Position numbers and translations under genes: made by a program. Below, piece after piece: positions 49,420 through 60,089 of a stretch of 64,000 nucleotides of DNA (its first letter is position 1; each line of letters begins with the position of its first letter). A model generated the notes under the pieces. That model had not been told where the DNA came from. It made no database searches and worked only from the letters and a program-made list of their open reading frames with translations. The stretch is taken from positions 544,001 through 608,000 of the forward strand of contig JBGAHS010000006.1 of NCBI GenBank assembly GCA_044226015.1. Reading direction: 5' to 3'. The stretch is from Candidatus Obscuribacteraceae bacterium (lineage in GTDB: Bacteria > Cyanobacteriota > Vampirovibrionia > Obscuribacterales > Obscuribacteraceae).

Positions 49420-50871
49420 TTAAAGTGCCGGCAAATTCAAGCAGATGAATTTAGGCTGTGTCATTTCTGCAATAGCATATTTGACGCCTTCAAGACCGAC
49501 TCCAGATTCCTTACGTCCGCCATAAGGCATGTGATCAGCTCGGAAGGTCGGGGCGTCGTTCACCATGACACCGCCAGCGTCGATTTGTCTGGCAGCCTTG
49601 AAAGCAATTTCAAGGTTTTGCGTGAAGACACCAGCTTGCAATCCATAACGAGAGTCATTCATCATTGCAATAGCTTCGTCGATATTTTTGTATTTCATGA
49701 CAGAGACGACTGGTCCAAAAACTTCCTGACAGACAACCGAAAGGTCCTTTTTGGTATCAGACAATACTGTCGGAAGAAGGACATTGTTGCCTTGCTTTGT
49801 GCCACCACAATGCAACTTAGCGCCCCCCTTAACAGCTTCATCTATCCACTCGATTGTTTTGTCTACCGAACCGGTGTCAATCATCGGTCCAACATCCACA
49901 GCTTCATCGAGCGGGTCGCCGCACTTCAAATTTTTGACAATATCCACGAATGAGTTCATGAATTTGTCATAGGCATTTTCTTGAACATACACTCTTTGAA
50001 CAGAGATGCAGGTTTGTCCGGCATTGACGTATCCGCCTCTGGCTGCGGCTTTAGCAGCCAGGGTAAGGTCGGCATCGTCGTGCACAACTAAACCAGCATT
50101 TCCGCCGAGTTCCAAAATTATTCTGGTGCCAGGAGCAATCTGGTGGCGAAGTCTCCAACCAACTTCCTGCGAACCAGTGAAGGTTAATAGAGCAATTCGG
50201 GGGTCGCTAACAAGAGCGATGCCCTTAGAACCACGACATGGTGCTAGAACTAGCGCACCTTCCGGCAAACCTGCGGCAGCAAGCACTTCAGCCAACTTCA
50301 AGCTGCTGACTGGTGTCTGACTCGCGGGTTTCAATACCACAGTGCAACCAGATGCTATCGCCGGTGCAAGCTTGTGTACAACCAGATTCAGTGGGAAATT
50401 GAATGGTGTAATAGCGCCAATAACGCCGATAGGTTCTCTCATAATTAAGCCGATGCGCCCTTCGTTTCCAGGCTGACGATCCATCGAAACATGTTCGCCA
50501 TCAAGTCTCAGGGTTTCTTCTGCTGCAATTGTGAAAGTTCCGATAGCTCGTGTCACTTCAATGCGGGCATCTTTAATTGGCTTACCGCCTTCAAGTGCAA
50601 TTGTTTTTGCAAATTCTTCGTGACGCTCTTGTAGAAGCTCTGCTGCTTTGTTCAATATCGCAGCCCGCTTATGGGCAGGCATCTTCTTCATCACATTTTC
50701 AAATGTGTCTTTTGCCTGAGCAATTGCTTGTTTGATTGCGTTTTCGTCTGCCTGCGCAACGGCTGCAATCACTTCGCCATTGAATGGACTTTTTACTTCA
50801 TTTAGCTCACCTTCCGAGCTGCCTTTTATTTTCAAAGGATATTTGGCAATTTCTCTAAGCATTTTTAGCAT
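49420..50871 (-). CDS. Aldehyde dehydrogenase
   Basis: ITPFNFP, FTGS, LELGG, GQTCIS, EVFGP. Confidence 0.95.
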   Translation of the reverse strand: MLKMLREIAKYPLKIKGSSEGELNEVKSPFNGEVIAAVAQADENAIKQAIAQAKDTFENVMKKMPAHKRAAILNKAAELLQERHEEFAKTIALEGGKPIKDARIEVTRAIGTFTIAAEETLRLDGEHVSMDRQPGNEGRIGLIMREPIGVIGAITPFNFPLNLVVHKLAPAIASGCTVVLKPASQTPVSSLKLAEVLAAAGLPEGALVLAPCRGSKGIALVSDPRIALLTFTGSQEVGWRLRHQIAPGTRIILELGGNAGLVVHDDADLTLAAKAAARGGYVNAGQTCISVQRVYVQENAYDKFMNSFVDIVKNLKCGDPLDEAVDVGPMIDTGSVDKTIEWIDEAVKGGAKLHCGGTKQGNNVLLPTVLSDTKKDLSVVCQEVFGPVVSVMKYKNIDEAIAMMNDSRYGLQAGVFTQNLEIAFKAARQIDAGGVMVNDAPTFRADHMPYGGRKESGVGLEGVKYAIAEMTQPKFICLNLPAL

Positions 50872-51225
50872 TCCTTGGTATCAGATAAGACAATTCACAT
50901 CTGAGGCGTCGACACACGAATAACACAATTTAAAGCAAGAAGAGTAAATTCTGGGATATGAGCAATATCACTACAGCACGGCGCTTGACTTCCCGCTTTT
51001 CCAAGCGCAATGACATTAAAGTATGCCTCATTCTATTCGCTAGCTGTCCAGAATTAAGACCTTCATTAGACTTCTCTCGTGACGGCAAAGTGAATTCAGT
51101 GGATAATTCGATGAGTTCCCAAGTGCTCTGTATGATAGTAGGCATAGGAAATATACAGAGTTGTAGTTAGCAGCCTTCTGCGCTATCTAGTCAAAAAAAC
51201 GGATGGTGCTAAACTCAAGTGAAGT

Positions 51226-52503
51226 ATGCAAGACAAGCAAAACACAAATTCTTCCGATAAATACATTCGAGCCACCGCGATTCTACTTCTAACAGTGGTC
51301 CTCGGAAATATCTCTACTTCTCTGGCCTATGGTTATGCCAGAAATGGCCGACATCGCCACAGGGAACGTAGTAACTCACGAAGTCACTCGCAAGAGAAAG
51401 TTCATGTCGACGTGCGAAGCGTCAACGTTCACTCTCCTCAGGAAGCGAAAGATCGTCTCAAGGAAATTAAGCGCGAAAAAGAGATAGCGCAAGAGAAAGT
51501 ACGATTGGCACGCGAACAAGAAAAGAAGGCTTTCCAAAAGCTTCGAAACATTCAATCAAATTTGAATGAGACAACAAAAGAGCTGAGCACAAACAAGCAT
51601 CAGCTAGCGAAAACAGAATCGCACCTGGTACACGTTGAGACCACTATAAAGAAAACAGTGACTCAAGAACACAGCATGGAAGACCAGGCTGCCATCCGCC
51701 TGAGAGAGATGTATGAAGGCCAACGTCTGGGACTGTTAGATATGCTCTTCCAGGTTGGTTCACTCCAACAACTGATGGATTTGCTCTACTATCAAGAACG
51801 TGTCGCTGACCTCGACCGAAAATTATTGGAACAACTTCGCGCCAGAGCTCAAGCACTCTCCGTTCAGAAGTCCAAGCTTGGGCAGCAAAAAATGCAGCTC
51901 GGAGACATAGTTTCTGAGTTCGCCAAGAAAGCTCTTATGTTGAACAAAGAGAAGAGCGAACAAGAGGTTGTGGCGGAGAAGTTACGCTCTACTCGCGCAT
52001 TCTATGAGGCTGCTGAACAGCAGTTGTCTAGAGAATCTGGGCAGTTAGAGCAACAGATTTTGCAGATGGTTCGTGCTACAAACAAGCCGAACTCGGACAA
52101 GGTTGTCACACACGGAAGCGGCACAATGTCACTTCCAATACACGCACCAGTGACATCACCTTTTGGATGGAGAAGACATCCTATATTTGGTATGCGTAAG
52201 TTTCACACGGGAGTCGACCTGGCTGGACCCAATCACACTCCGATAAAAGCTGCTGACAGCGGCAATGTTTTATACTCGGGTTGGTATGGTGGCTACGGAA
52301 AAGTAGTAATTGTCAGCCACGGAAACGGTCTGGCTACTCTGTATGCACACATGAGCAAAACAGTTGCTAATCCCGGTGACAATGTCAGCAAGGGTCAGGT
52401 TGTCGGCTACGAAGGAACCACCGGATTCTCAACAGGTCCCCACCTGCATTTCGAAGTCAGAGTCGACGGCAAGCCAAACAATCCGCTCAACTTCGCACGC
52501 TAG
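51226..52503 (+). CDS. Coiled-coil + M23 peptidoglycan endopeptidase
   Basis: Signal peptide, long coiled coil, HTGVD, YAH, STGPHLHFE. Confidence 0.92.
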   Translation: MQDKQNTNSSDKYIRATAILLLTVVLGNISTSLAYGYARNGRHRHRERSNSRSHSQEKVHVDVRSVNVHSPQEAKDRLKEIKREKEIAQEKVRLAREQEKKAFQKLRNIQSNLNETTKELSTNKHQLAKTESHLVHVETTIKKTVTQEHSMEDQAAIRLREMYEGQRLGLLDMLFQVGSLQQLMDLLYYQERVADLDRKLLEQLRARAQALSVQKSKLGQQKMQLGDIVSEFAKKALMLNKEKSEQEVVAEKLRSTRAFYEAAEQQLSRESGQLEQQILQMVRATNKPNSDKVVTHGSGTMSLPIHAPVTSPFGWRRHPIFGMRKFHTGVDLAGPNHTPIKAADSGNVLYSGWYGGYGKVVIVSHGNGLATLYAHMSKTVANPGDNVSKGQVVGYEGTTGFSTGPHLHFEVRVDGKPNNPLNFAR

Positions 52504-52681
52504 AATCTGCTATCAAAATTGCCTCCCTGCCTCAGTCCAAGACCGCCTGCGGATTCGCTTGCCGCACGCAATTTGTAGACCCAAGACAGAAATTTTACCG
52601 CACCAGATTTGGTGTCTTTAAAACCGAAGAGAGCAGCTCTCGGAGCCTGCTCTCTTAACCCAGCCTATCAATGATTTCGCG

Positions 52682-52945
52682 TTATGCGATTTTTGCAGCT
52701 TTCTTCTTCATTTCAGCGACGAGATCTTCTTGCCCGAGGAGGTAGCCTCTGCGAGCCTGATCGTCAGCGTAATTGATCACTGCTTCAGTGAGATTGTTGA
52801 GCATAGACAGCGGAACAAATTCACTGATCTGATTGATCATTTGTTCCACCGAAACCCACTCAGGAGTGTTTAGAGGAATCGCGTCATCAAGCCGTGCAAT
52901 GATTGTATAGTTGCGGAGCTTGTCGGTCTTTGTTTGCTGAGCCAT
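52682..52945 (-). CDS. Hypothetical protein
   Basis: GAGG RBS before ATG 52945; downstream hairpin at ~52628-52656. Confidence 0.7.
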   Translation of the reverse strand: MAQQTKTDKLRNYTIIARLDDAIPLNTPEWVSVEQMINQISEFVPLSMLNNLTEAVINYADDQARRGYLLGQEDLVAEMKKKAAKIA

Positions 52946-53080
52946 GAGAACAAACCTCGTTGCGTGTGACCGGCGATATATCTCTTTTATCGATCCGGAT
53001 TCCCTGCTGGGATTTTCATCCCCTACGGAGTCTTTATTCCACAAAATTTATTGCTCTAACCTAATTTAGTTGCCAAGCGA

Positions 53081-54526
53081 TCAGCCGTTATTGCAATACT
53101 TTTCTCGATACAATTTCTTAGCTAGCGAACCAGCATCCTCAGGGCTTTTCACCTCTCCCAGAGCTTGTGCCTCCAGAAGGTCTTCCAAAATATCTCCGAT
53201 GATTGGACCAGGTGAAATTCCAAGTAGATTCATCAAATCTGTACCGTTGAGAAAACGAGACTCCTTTACCTTACCTACTTGAATGACGCTGAAATTACGC
53301 AAAAGTTCGAACAAATTTTCCTCCGCTTCCCTCCTGCCAACTTGAAGCCCGGGTCCACAAGTAGAGCGAAAGTCAGCCAGTGCAAGCACTATGAGCTCAG
53401 GAAGTTCATCACCAATTGTTCTGTAAAATCTGTATTTTGCTTTGTCAGTAGGCGTACCTTGCTGGAACAAATGACCTGGACGCAAATGCCAGCGCACTAA
53501 CTTTTCAATAAATCTTTCAACGGGCTTAGACCATTTGAGGCGCTTTGCAAGCGGCTCGCACATCTCGGCACCAAGTTTGTCGTGAGCTATAAATGTATGC
53601 TTTCCTTCATCGGTAATAACCCACGTGTCCGGCTTACCAATATCATGAATTAGAGCTGCCAGCTTGGTCGCAGCAAGACGAGACACACCCGCACTGAGCG
53701 GCTCTAACATGCGTTCCTTGACCCAGTCGGGCATTTGTGGATATGCAGCTTCTGCCTGCACTAACGATTCAACTGAATGCTCAAAAAGCGGCAAATGATG
53801 GAAAGCATTTGAAGTTACTCTACGTGTATCTTTCAACTCTAGAAAAATCGCTTCGAGCAATCCGTTATCGCCCATCAGACGTATGAACTTGCCAGCTGAT
53901 GGTGAATCTAGCAGAACAAACAACTCTGCACAGATTCTCTCTGCAGCCACATCAGATATGAGCTGTGCATGCTTGTTGATATATGCGTCGCATTCTGAAT
54001 CTATTTCAAAATCCAGGCGAGCGGCAAAACGATAGGCTCTCAAAAGCCGTAATGGATCATCTAAAAATGATTGCTCACTGATTGCACGAATCTTCTTTTT
54101 TTCCAGATCAGATATGCCACCAACAAAATCGATCACTTCATCGGGTCGAGAAGCATCCCAACAAAGCGCATTGACAGTGAAATCACGTCGGCGCATGTCA
54201 GTCTCTACACTGCCACCAACACAGCCAGCAAAGTCAAAAGTACTTCCATCATCTGATACCACTCGCGCGGTATCTTGTGATTCATCAAGCATGACAAAGT
54301 GCCCCGGCAATTTGTCCGCAAGATCCCGAGCCAAGCCCAGAGCATCAGCGCCAAGAACCATGAAGTCGTAGTCTTTGTGTGAAACCTTCATGTCGTCGCT
54401 GCTGAGCAATGCGTCTCTGACGTATCCCCCAACCAGATATATACTGCAATTTCGCTGACTTGCAATTGCATAGATTTTTTTGACCGCTTCATTCACAAGC
54501 GGATTTGTTTTCAAGTCTTTAGACAT
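53081..54526 (-). CDS. Class II tRNA nucleotidyltransferase + HD domain (likely CC-adding)
   Basis: GGYVRD, DYD, RRDFTVNA, DPLRLLR, ERI, HDIGKP. Confidence 0.9.
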   Translation of the reverse strand: MSKDLKTNPLVNEAVKKIYAIASQRNCSIYLVGGYVRDALLSSDDMKVSHKDYDFMVLGADALGLARDLADKLPGHFVMLDESQDTARVVSDDGSTFDFAGCVGGSVETDMRRRDFTVNALCWDASRPDEVIDFVGGISDLEKKKIRAISEQSFLDDPLRLLRAYRFAARLDFEIDSECDAYINKHAQLISDVAAERICAELFVLLDSPSAGKFIRLMGDNGLLEAIFLELKDTRRVTSNAFHHLPLFEHSVESLVQAEAAYPQMPDWVKERMLEPLSAGVSRLAATKLAALIHDIGKPDTWVITDEGKHTFIAHDKLGAEMCEPLAKRLKWSKPVERFIEKLVRWHLRPGHLFQQGTPTDKAKYRFYRTIGDELPELIVLALADFRSTCGPGLQVGRREAEENLFELLRNFSVIQVGKVKESRFLNGTDLMNLLGISPGPIIGDILEDLLEAQALGEVKSPEDAGSLAKKLYREKYCNNG

Positions 54527-54593
54527 AATAGCTCGCAGACTGCCTGGCGGAAAAGCACCAGCAGAAATCAATTATACTGCGAACAACTAACTG

Positions 54594-55694
54594 CTAACCT
54601 GCTTGTTCGCTGCCCATGGCGGAAGGCTCTTCAATCTCACTGGGTGGCGGCTTCATATGCGATGCCATATAGACGATTCCACCAATTAGGCTCTGCATGG
54701 TGGTCAAAATTAACCACATCAGGGCATAGGTGACTGCATGGCCTTTGTCTATGCCAATCATCATCAAGAAGTAGGTATAAGCCCATTCTCTGATACCAAT
54801 TCCGTTAAAGCTTGGGGTTACAAATCCGAGAACAGCAACCGATGGATAGAACACAAAGCAGTACCAGAGCGGAATGTCGAGACCGAGTGCGAGACCCACA
54901 GTGTAATGGCAAACCACTAACATGGCTTGCGAGAAGAATGACCAGAGAAGTGAAACTGGAATTAGTTTTTTTTCTTCCCAAAATAGTTTCGCGGAAGATT
55001 CAGTGAACTGACGGGTTATCCAATTTCTCTCACCGAGAACAAGCTTACAGAGCTGCGGTGCAAATGGTAGGACGCAGAAGATTCCGAAGGTGCCGAGATA
55101 AATTGGCCATTTAAGTTGCCAGGGGAGATTGGATGCTCCTGGACTCAAAGTGATACCAAGAGAGGCACATAAGAAAAGTACACTCACTCCAGTTGCGCGA
55201 TCAGCTAGCACAGAGTAGAAGCCCTCTTTGTACAGCTTGGTGCCTTTTGTCAAGTAATAACAACGACTGACATCACCGCCAACGGTTGAAGGCAAGAAAA
55301 GATTGAAAAAGAAACCAACGAAGTAGTAGCGAATCAGCTCGCCAAGTGGACGGTACATGCCGAGAGCACCGGCCAGAATCTGCCATCTGCGAGCCATCGG
55401 CAGCACAGAAGCGAGGATGAGTGCCAGCGTGCCGCCCAGCATCCACGGGTTCGAATGGAGAATAGTGTCAACAGATTTTTTTACATCAACTTTCCCAAAT
55501 ACAAAAAGGCTTGCGAACATGATGATGCTTGCAAGAACTTTCAGTTTGAATTTGGTGGACTTAGACATTTTCTGCCTGATTTCTGATGCCTTTTCGAGAG
55601 CACGCCAACTGGTCGCGCTCTGACCTTGAAGCATCGTAGCATCTGAATTGCCGGAATCGCTCGCTTTATCCCGACTTAACTCGCTTGTCACCAT
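54594..55694 (-). CDS. Lysylphosphatidylglycerol synthase TM domain (UPF0104) flippase-like protein
   Basis: RW, FFNLFLPSTVGGD, ADR, GIGIRE. Confidence 0.88.
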   Translation of the reverse strand: MVTSELSRDKASDSGNSDATMLQGQSATSWRALEKASEIRQKMSKSTKFKLKVLASIIMFASLFVFGKVDVKKSVDTILHSNPWMLGGTLALILASVLPMARRWQILAGALGMYRPLGELIRYYFVGFFFNLFLPSTVGGDVSRCYYLTKGTKLYKEGFYSVLADRATGVSVLFLCASLGITLSPGASNLPWQLKWPIYLGTFGIFCVLPFAPQLCKLVLGERNWITRQFTESSAKLFWEEKKLIPVSLLWSFFSQAMLVVCHYTVGLALGLDIPLWYCFVFYPSVAVLGFVTPSFNGIGIREWAYTYFLMMIGIDKGHAVTYALMWLILTTMQSLIGGIVYMASHMKPPPSEIEEPSAMGSEQAG

Positions 55695-56094
55695 GGCAGC
55701 TCTGCCGTCCCCTTTTCGCACAAAACCTTGTGCCAGTTAATTAGGAAGTTAATCTACGACAAGCATGTTAAGGGACTGAGGGGCATGTTGAAAACCCAAT
55801 AAATTTAATCCTGTTTCTTTTGCGGGCTAATGACAACAAAATCAGAGCCCGACCTTGCAACAGTAACTTTGCCAAGGATTTTCGTAGACAGGGCTGTCAA
55901 TATTTTTCGATATTTCTGCGAAACAATAGTGTTCAAGCACTCGTCGAATAGGCAGTTCAGAGGTAGAATTAATTATCCTGAAGCTAGCTCGTAACTTCAC
56001 AGTTTTGCTGAGTTAGCCCTTTGTGGAATAGGATTAGAATAGGAATTCGTTCTATTGCTGAGCTTGTTCTCAAGTATCAGACTCGAGGAAAGAA

Positions 56095-57462
56095 ATGGCG
56101 CAACAAAGTACCCGTAGTAAATGGCTCCTCAGAATAAGTACTCTTGCGATTTGTGGTATCGCAGGTTTTGGCTACCTGAACTGGAAGGGACAGAGTTCCA
56201 TTCCGACAATTGAGCCAGCTATCGCCCAAGAACGATCTAGAAAAGAAATTGCTCCAGTAGACCTCTATCACAGAGCGTGGCAGATAATTAAGGACACGTA
56301 TTACGACCAGAAATTTGCCGGACAAAACTGGCAAAGATGGGAACACAAATACGATACGAAGATCAAAACTTCCGAAGACTCCCATAAGGCAATCGAGACC
56401 ATGCTTGCCAGCTTGGGTGACCCTTACACCAGATTTTTGAACGAAGAAAACTTCACGGACGAAAAGCAGCAAATTCAAGCTCGTCTTTCAGGTGTGGGCA
56501 TGCAGCTTGGAATGAACAAAGAACACAAAGTAGTTGTCATTGCTCCTATAACTGATACTCCTGCATATCGAGCAGGCTTACTGGCTGGTGACGAAATCAT
56601 AGAAGTTGATGCAAAGCCGGTCAAAGGACAATCTCTCGACCAGGTTGTTAAACAAATCAGGGGCGAAAAAGGCACCAAGGTATCCATCACATATCTGCGC
56701 AAGAAAAAAGAAGACGTGAAACGTGAAATCGTTTCGCTGGTGCGCGATGACATTCCAATCAAATCAGTTGAAACCTCAGAGATGTTACCAAGCGACCTCG
56801 GCTACATCAGATTGAGCAGCTTCATTTCTCAGAAAGCTAATGATGAAATGAAAGATGCGATTAGAAAGTTGCATGGTGCCAAAGGTTTGATTATTGACTT
56901 GCGCAATAATCCCGGTGGACTACTTGCAAATGCAATCGACATAGCAAATATGTTCTTAGAGCGTGGTGTCATAGTTAGTACCATTGATGCTGATGGGTAC
57001 AAAACATCGCAACTTGCTACGCGTTCATCTTTTAAGACTGATTTGCCTGTGGTGCTTCTTATTAACAAAGGAAGCGCAAGCGCTAGCGAAATTCTCAGTG
57101 GAGCATTGCGCGATAATCAAAGAGCTAAGTTGATCGGACAAACATCATTCGGAAAAGGTCTGGTTCAGGCAATCAACAATCTTGGAAATGGCACTGGTGT
57201 AAACGTCACAATCGCCAGGTATCTGACACCTAACGACACCGACATTCATAAAACAGGCATCGTTCCTGACTATGAAGTCAAAGTTTCTGATGATGACTTT
57301 AACGCAGGCAAGGGTCCGTGGTGGTATGACCCAAGCATGACCAGCTTCCATCGTTCTCCTACTGATGGAAAAGACATGCAGCTTTCAAAAGCTATTGATG
57401 TGCTGAAGCAGCAAATCGCAAATGGTCCCACAGTGACCGCTAACGAAACATCGAAAAACTAG
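56095..57462 (+). CDS. ctpA: Carboxyl-terminal processing protease (S41)
   Basis: LGDPYT, PDZ domain, DLRNNPGG, SASASE, FGKG. Confidence 0.92.
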   Translation: MAQQSTRSKWLLRISTLAICGIAGFGYLNWKGQSSIPTIEPAIAQERSRKEIAPVDLYHRAWQIIKDTYYDQKFAGQNWQRWEHKYDTKIKTSEDSHKAIETMLASLGDPYTRFLNEENFTDEKQQIQARLSGVGMQLGMNKEHKVVVIAPITDTPAYRAGLLAGDEIIEVDAKPVKGQSLDQVVKQIRGEKGTKVSITYLRKKKEDVKREIVSLVRDDIPIKSVETSEMLPSDLGYIRLSSFISQKANDEMKDAIRKLHGAKGLIIDLRNNPGGLLANAIDIANMFLERGVIVSTIDADGYKTSQLATRSSFKTDLPVVLLINKGSASASEILSGALRDNQRAKLIGQTSFGKGLVQAINNLGNGTGVNVTIARYLTPNDTDIHKTGIVPDYEVKVSDDDFNAGKGPWWYDPSMTSFHRSPTDGKDMQLSKAIDVLKQQIANGPTVTANETSKN

Positions 57463-57490
57463 AAGCTAGAGAATCGTCTTAATATTGAAG

Positions 57491-57529
57491 TAAGAGGAAG
57501 TATGAAAGTGCTTCCTCTTATTTCTTCTT
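57491..57529 (+). terminator. Terminator hairpin after ctpA
   Basis: TAAGAGGAAGTAT-GAAA-GTGCTTCCTCTTA-TTTCTT. Confidence 0.7.
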
Positions 57530-57611
57530 CAAGTAATTGCGCAAGCATCCACTCATTGCAAAAGCGCTCAGAATCAACTTCCGCAGTGAAAAATAAATTT
57601 GTTAGCGGCGA

Positions 57612-58193
57612 CTAGCAGTCAATGCCTTCTAATGCTCGTCCATGATGCTTAAGCTGAATGGTACTGCTAATGGTGGTAGCTTGCTCCATCAACCAATCTG
57701 GTGCTTTGCGCCCAGTAAGAAGCAAAAGGGTCGGGTCACACCGTTTTGAAAGCGCTTCACGCACTTCATCCCAACTGACCAGATTTACACGCGCGACATC
57801 TAACAACTCATCGGCAATAACCAGCTCGTCTTTTCGTGCAAAAGCTTCGGAAATCAAGGAAAGACCACGCCTTGCCTCTTCTTTGTCTTCTTCGAGAATA
57901 CCATTTGGAGAACTGTAAAAGCGAAAGCTGCCACCAGGGCCGGAGCCAATTCTATTCACTCCCGTGTAGTGAACACTTAATTTTCCGAAGCCAGCCTCCG
58001 ACATCGAAGAGAGAAGATGAAGCGCTTTTCCCTCACTACTGTTGGCTTCGAGCTTATCGAAAAAAACAATACTCACATTCATACCCTTGGATAGTGCTCT
58101 GATAGCAACTCCAAAAGTGGCGGTTGTCTTCCCGCATCCTGTGCCAAGATAAAGCCTGATTCTCTCTTGCTCCGTTGTCTCAAGACTTGTCAT
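57612..58193 (-). CDS. Cob(I)yrinate adenosyltransferase (CobA/BtuR) homolog, divergent
   Basis: GTGCGKTTATFG, IADE, LTGR.AP, C-terminal GID. Confidence 0.75.
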   Translation of the reverse strand: MTSLETTEQERIRLYLGTGCGKTTATFGVAIRALSKGMNVSIVFFDKLEANSSEGKALHLLSSMSEAGFGKLSVHYTGVNRIGSGPGGSFRFYSSPNGILEEDKEEARRGLSLISEAFARKDELVIADELLDVARVNLVSWDEVREALSKRCDPTLLLLTGRKAPDWLMEQATTISSTIQLKHHGRALEGIDC

Positions 58194-58248
58194 GCGTATC
58201 TCCTGCCTGCTGGCACAATTTTAGTTGGGAAAAGGTCTTCCAACCAAG

Positions 58249-58638
58249 TTACTTATTTTCAGTTTCGGGCTTTAACGGTTTTGGATGTCCGTCACTACCT
58301 ACGGCAACAAAAGTGAGTTCAGCTTCTGTAACTCTGACCTCCTCGCCTTGCCGATTTACATCAACATCTACGGAAACGGTCACTGAGGTTCTTCCAATTT
58401 TTACGGTCGAAGTGTAGAAACTGACAACCTCTCCTACCAGAACAGGTTGTTTAAAAACAACTTCTTTCATAGCTACAGTGACAATCCGTTCCTTTGTATG
58501 TTTCTTAGCTTCCACCGCACCGGCAAGGTCGATGTGGCTGAGAATAATGCCACCAAATATCGTGCCATTGGCATTGGTATCTTTTGGCAGTAATACGATT
58601 CTGATTGCTGGATCTTTTCTGGATGACTCTGAACTCAT
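58249..58638 (-). CDS. Acyl-CoA thioesterase (YciA-like hotdog)
   Basis: PKDTNANGTIFGG, FKQPV, GRTS. Confidence 0.92.
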   Translation of the reverse strand: MSSESSRKDPAIRIVLLPKDTNANGTIFGGIILSHIDLAGAVEAKKHTKERIVTVAMKEVVFKQPVLVGEVVSFYTSTVKIGRTSVTVSVDVDVNRQGEEVRVTEAELTFVAVGSDGHPKPLKPETENK

Positions 58639-58850
58639 TTTTCATTCTCGTTGACTAGCCTGGATCTTAGCCATTCACTCAGTCTGAATTTGGGTCATCA
58701 AAATGAACTCGAACAAATTTTTACTTGTTGAAAACCATCATCTCTTGATATCAAATTTTATGCTGTCAGCATTGTCATGAAAACTTTGCGTTATTCCAAG
58801 ACTACGCTATAATCGCAGACGGGTTACGATCCACTTACTATAGGTCTGAC

Positions 58851-60041
58851 GTGCTAAAAACGAAGTCTGATAAGTATTCCAAATACTGTTTGCTTGGTGC
58901 GCTCGCATTGCTGCCACTGGCATATAGCTTCGGGGTAACTCCTGCTGCAGCTGCAGAAATAGCGCAGGCGATACCATCGGTGACACCAGCCGGAATTTAT
59001 AATCAAAATTCAGCATCGGGTCAATTAGGCGAAGCAATCGACAAAGCCTCTCAGGACTCTACAGCAGTAGTTTCTGAGACAGCTCCAATCAACTTGCCAC
59101 GAGTTGATGCAATAAGTGCGACTGGAAGCGTCACTGACAACGAGTCGCGCATGATTGCTGAAGCATCAGGTGCGACCAGTCCTGATTCCAATACAGTAGA
59201 CCTCGCACCCGTAAAATTGCCAGAACGAACAACGGCAGTTTTCCAGTCGAATCAATTTCAAACTGGTCTTTTATATAAGCTTCCAGCACGAATGTTTTTA
59301 TTGTCTACAACAGAAAATAGTTTGAGACTTGAAACAAACGTTTTTCAAACACTTCATCGTAATCGCGCGGACATGGTTTACCGTGTGCTGCCAAACGTCA
59401 CAATAGGTTATGCACTTACGAAGCGCACACGCGTCTCAGCTAACTACTTCTATCTAAAAGACCAATACACCAGAAACTCACACATCTTGAGTCGTAATAT
59501 TCACTCAATCGGTGTGCAACTTCAACACGATATTCCACTGACAGAAAGAACAAATTTGACTGCTGGAATCATGGGCAGACAACTATTGCTTAGCCGCAGT
59601 CAACCTTTATCTGATATTTTGCCATCACTTCAGTTGACTCATAGAGTTGGAAACAACGGTGTCATATACGGTGGCGTTCTGGGACAAATTCGTTTCAGAA
59701 ACACTCTGGGCAAATTCCAGGAAGGCGACCAGTTCTATAACTTCGGTGGAGTTTACAGAACACCTCGCTGGCAATTCCTCTTTGACAATACTTTCATCAC
59801 TAACTTTGGAAATCGCAGATTGCGTTTTGGTCCAAACAACCAGAACTGGATCATGACACTACAAGCTGATTACAAAGTCAGCCCGAAACTGCCGTTGATC
59901 GCTTTCGTCAGAGCAGAACCAATCTTCAATATTGGTGCTAATCAGGCGATAGGTTTTGCCGGATTCAACTTCAGAATCATGGGCGGTCTGCGTATAGACC
60001 TGGCTAAAGCTCCAGTTTTCCCAATCAAAACTGCTAAGTAA
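58851..60041 (+). CDS. Putative outer-membrane beta-barrel protein
   Basis: Signal peptide, low-complexity linker, ETNVF motif followed by alternating amphipathic strands. Confidence 0.65.
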   Translation: MLKTKSDKYSKYCLLGALALLPLAYSFGVTPAAAAEIAQAIPSVTPAGIYNQNSASGQLGEAIDKASQDSTAVVSETAPINLPRVDAISATGSVTDNESRMIAEASGATSPDSNTVDLAPVKLPERTTAVFQSNQFQTGLLYKLPARMFLLSTTENSLRLETNVFQTLHRNRADMVYRVLPNVTIGYALTKRTRVSANYFYLKDQYTRNSHILSRNIHSIGVQLQHDIPLTERTNLTAGIMGRQLLLSRSQPLSDILPSLQLTHRVGNNGVIYGGVLGQIRFRNTLGKFQEGDQFYNFGGVYRTPRWQFLFDNTFITNFGNRRLRFGPNNQNWIMTLQADYKVSPKLPLIAFVRAEPIFNIGANQAIGFAGFNFRIMGGLRIDLAKAPVFPIKTAK

Positions 60042-60089
60042 AAGTCCAGCAAACCATCTAAACCTGAGACGACTAAACGAGTACTTCGA

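Noticed and set aside
53000..53030. SRP RNA helix 8
   Set aside because: The GNRA stem is 5 bp rather than 3, and no long flanking SRP helix is seen
55745..56030. Structured RNA upstream of ctpA
   Set aside because: Several 5-7-bp inverted repeats occur in a divergent promoter region, but cannot be distinguished from chance without homologs
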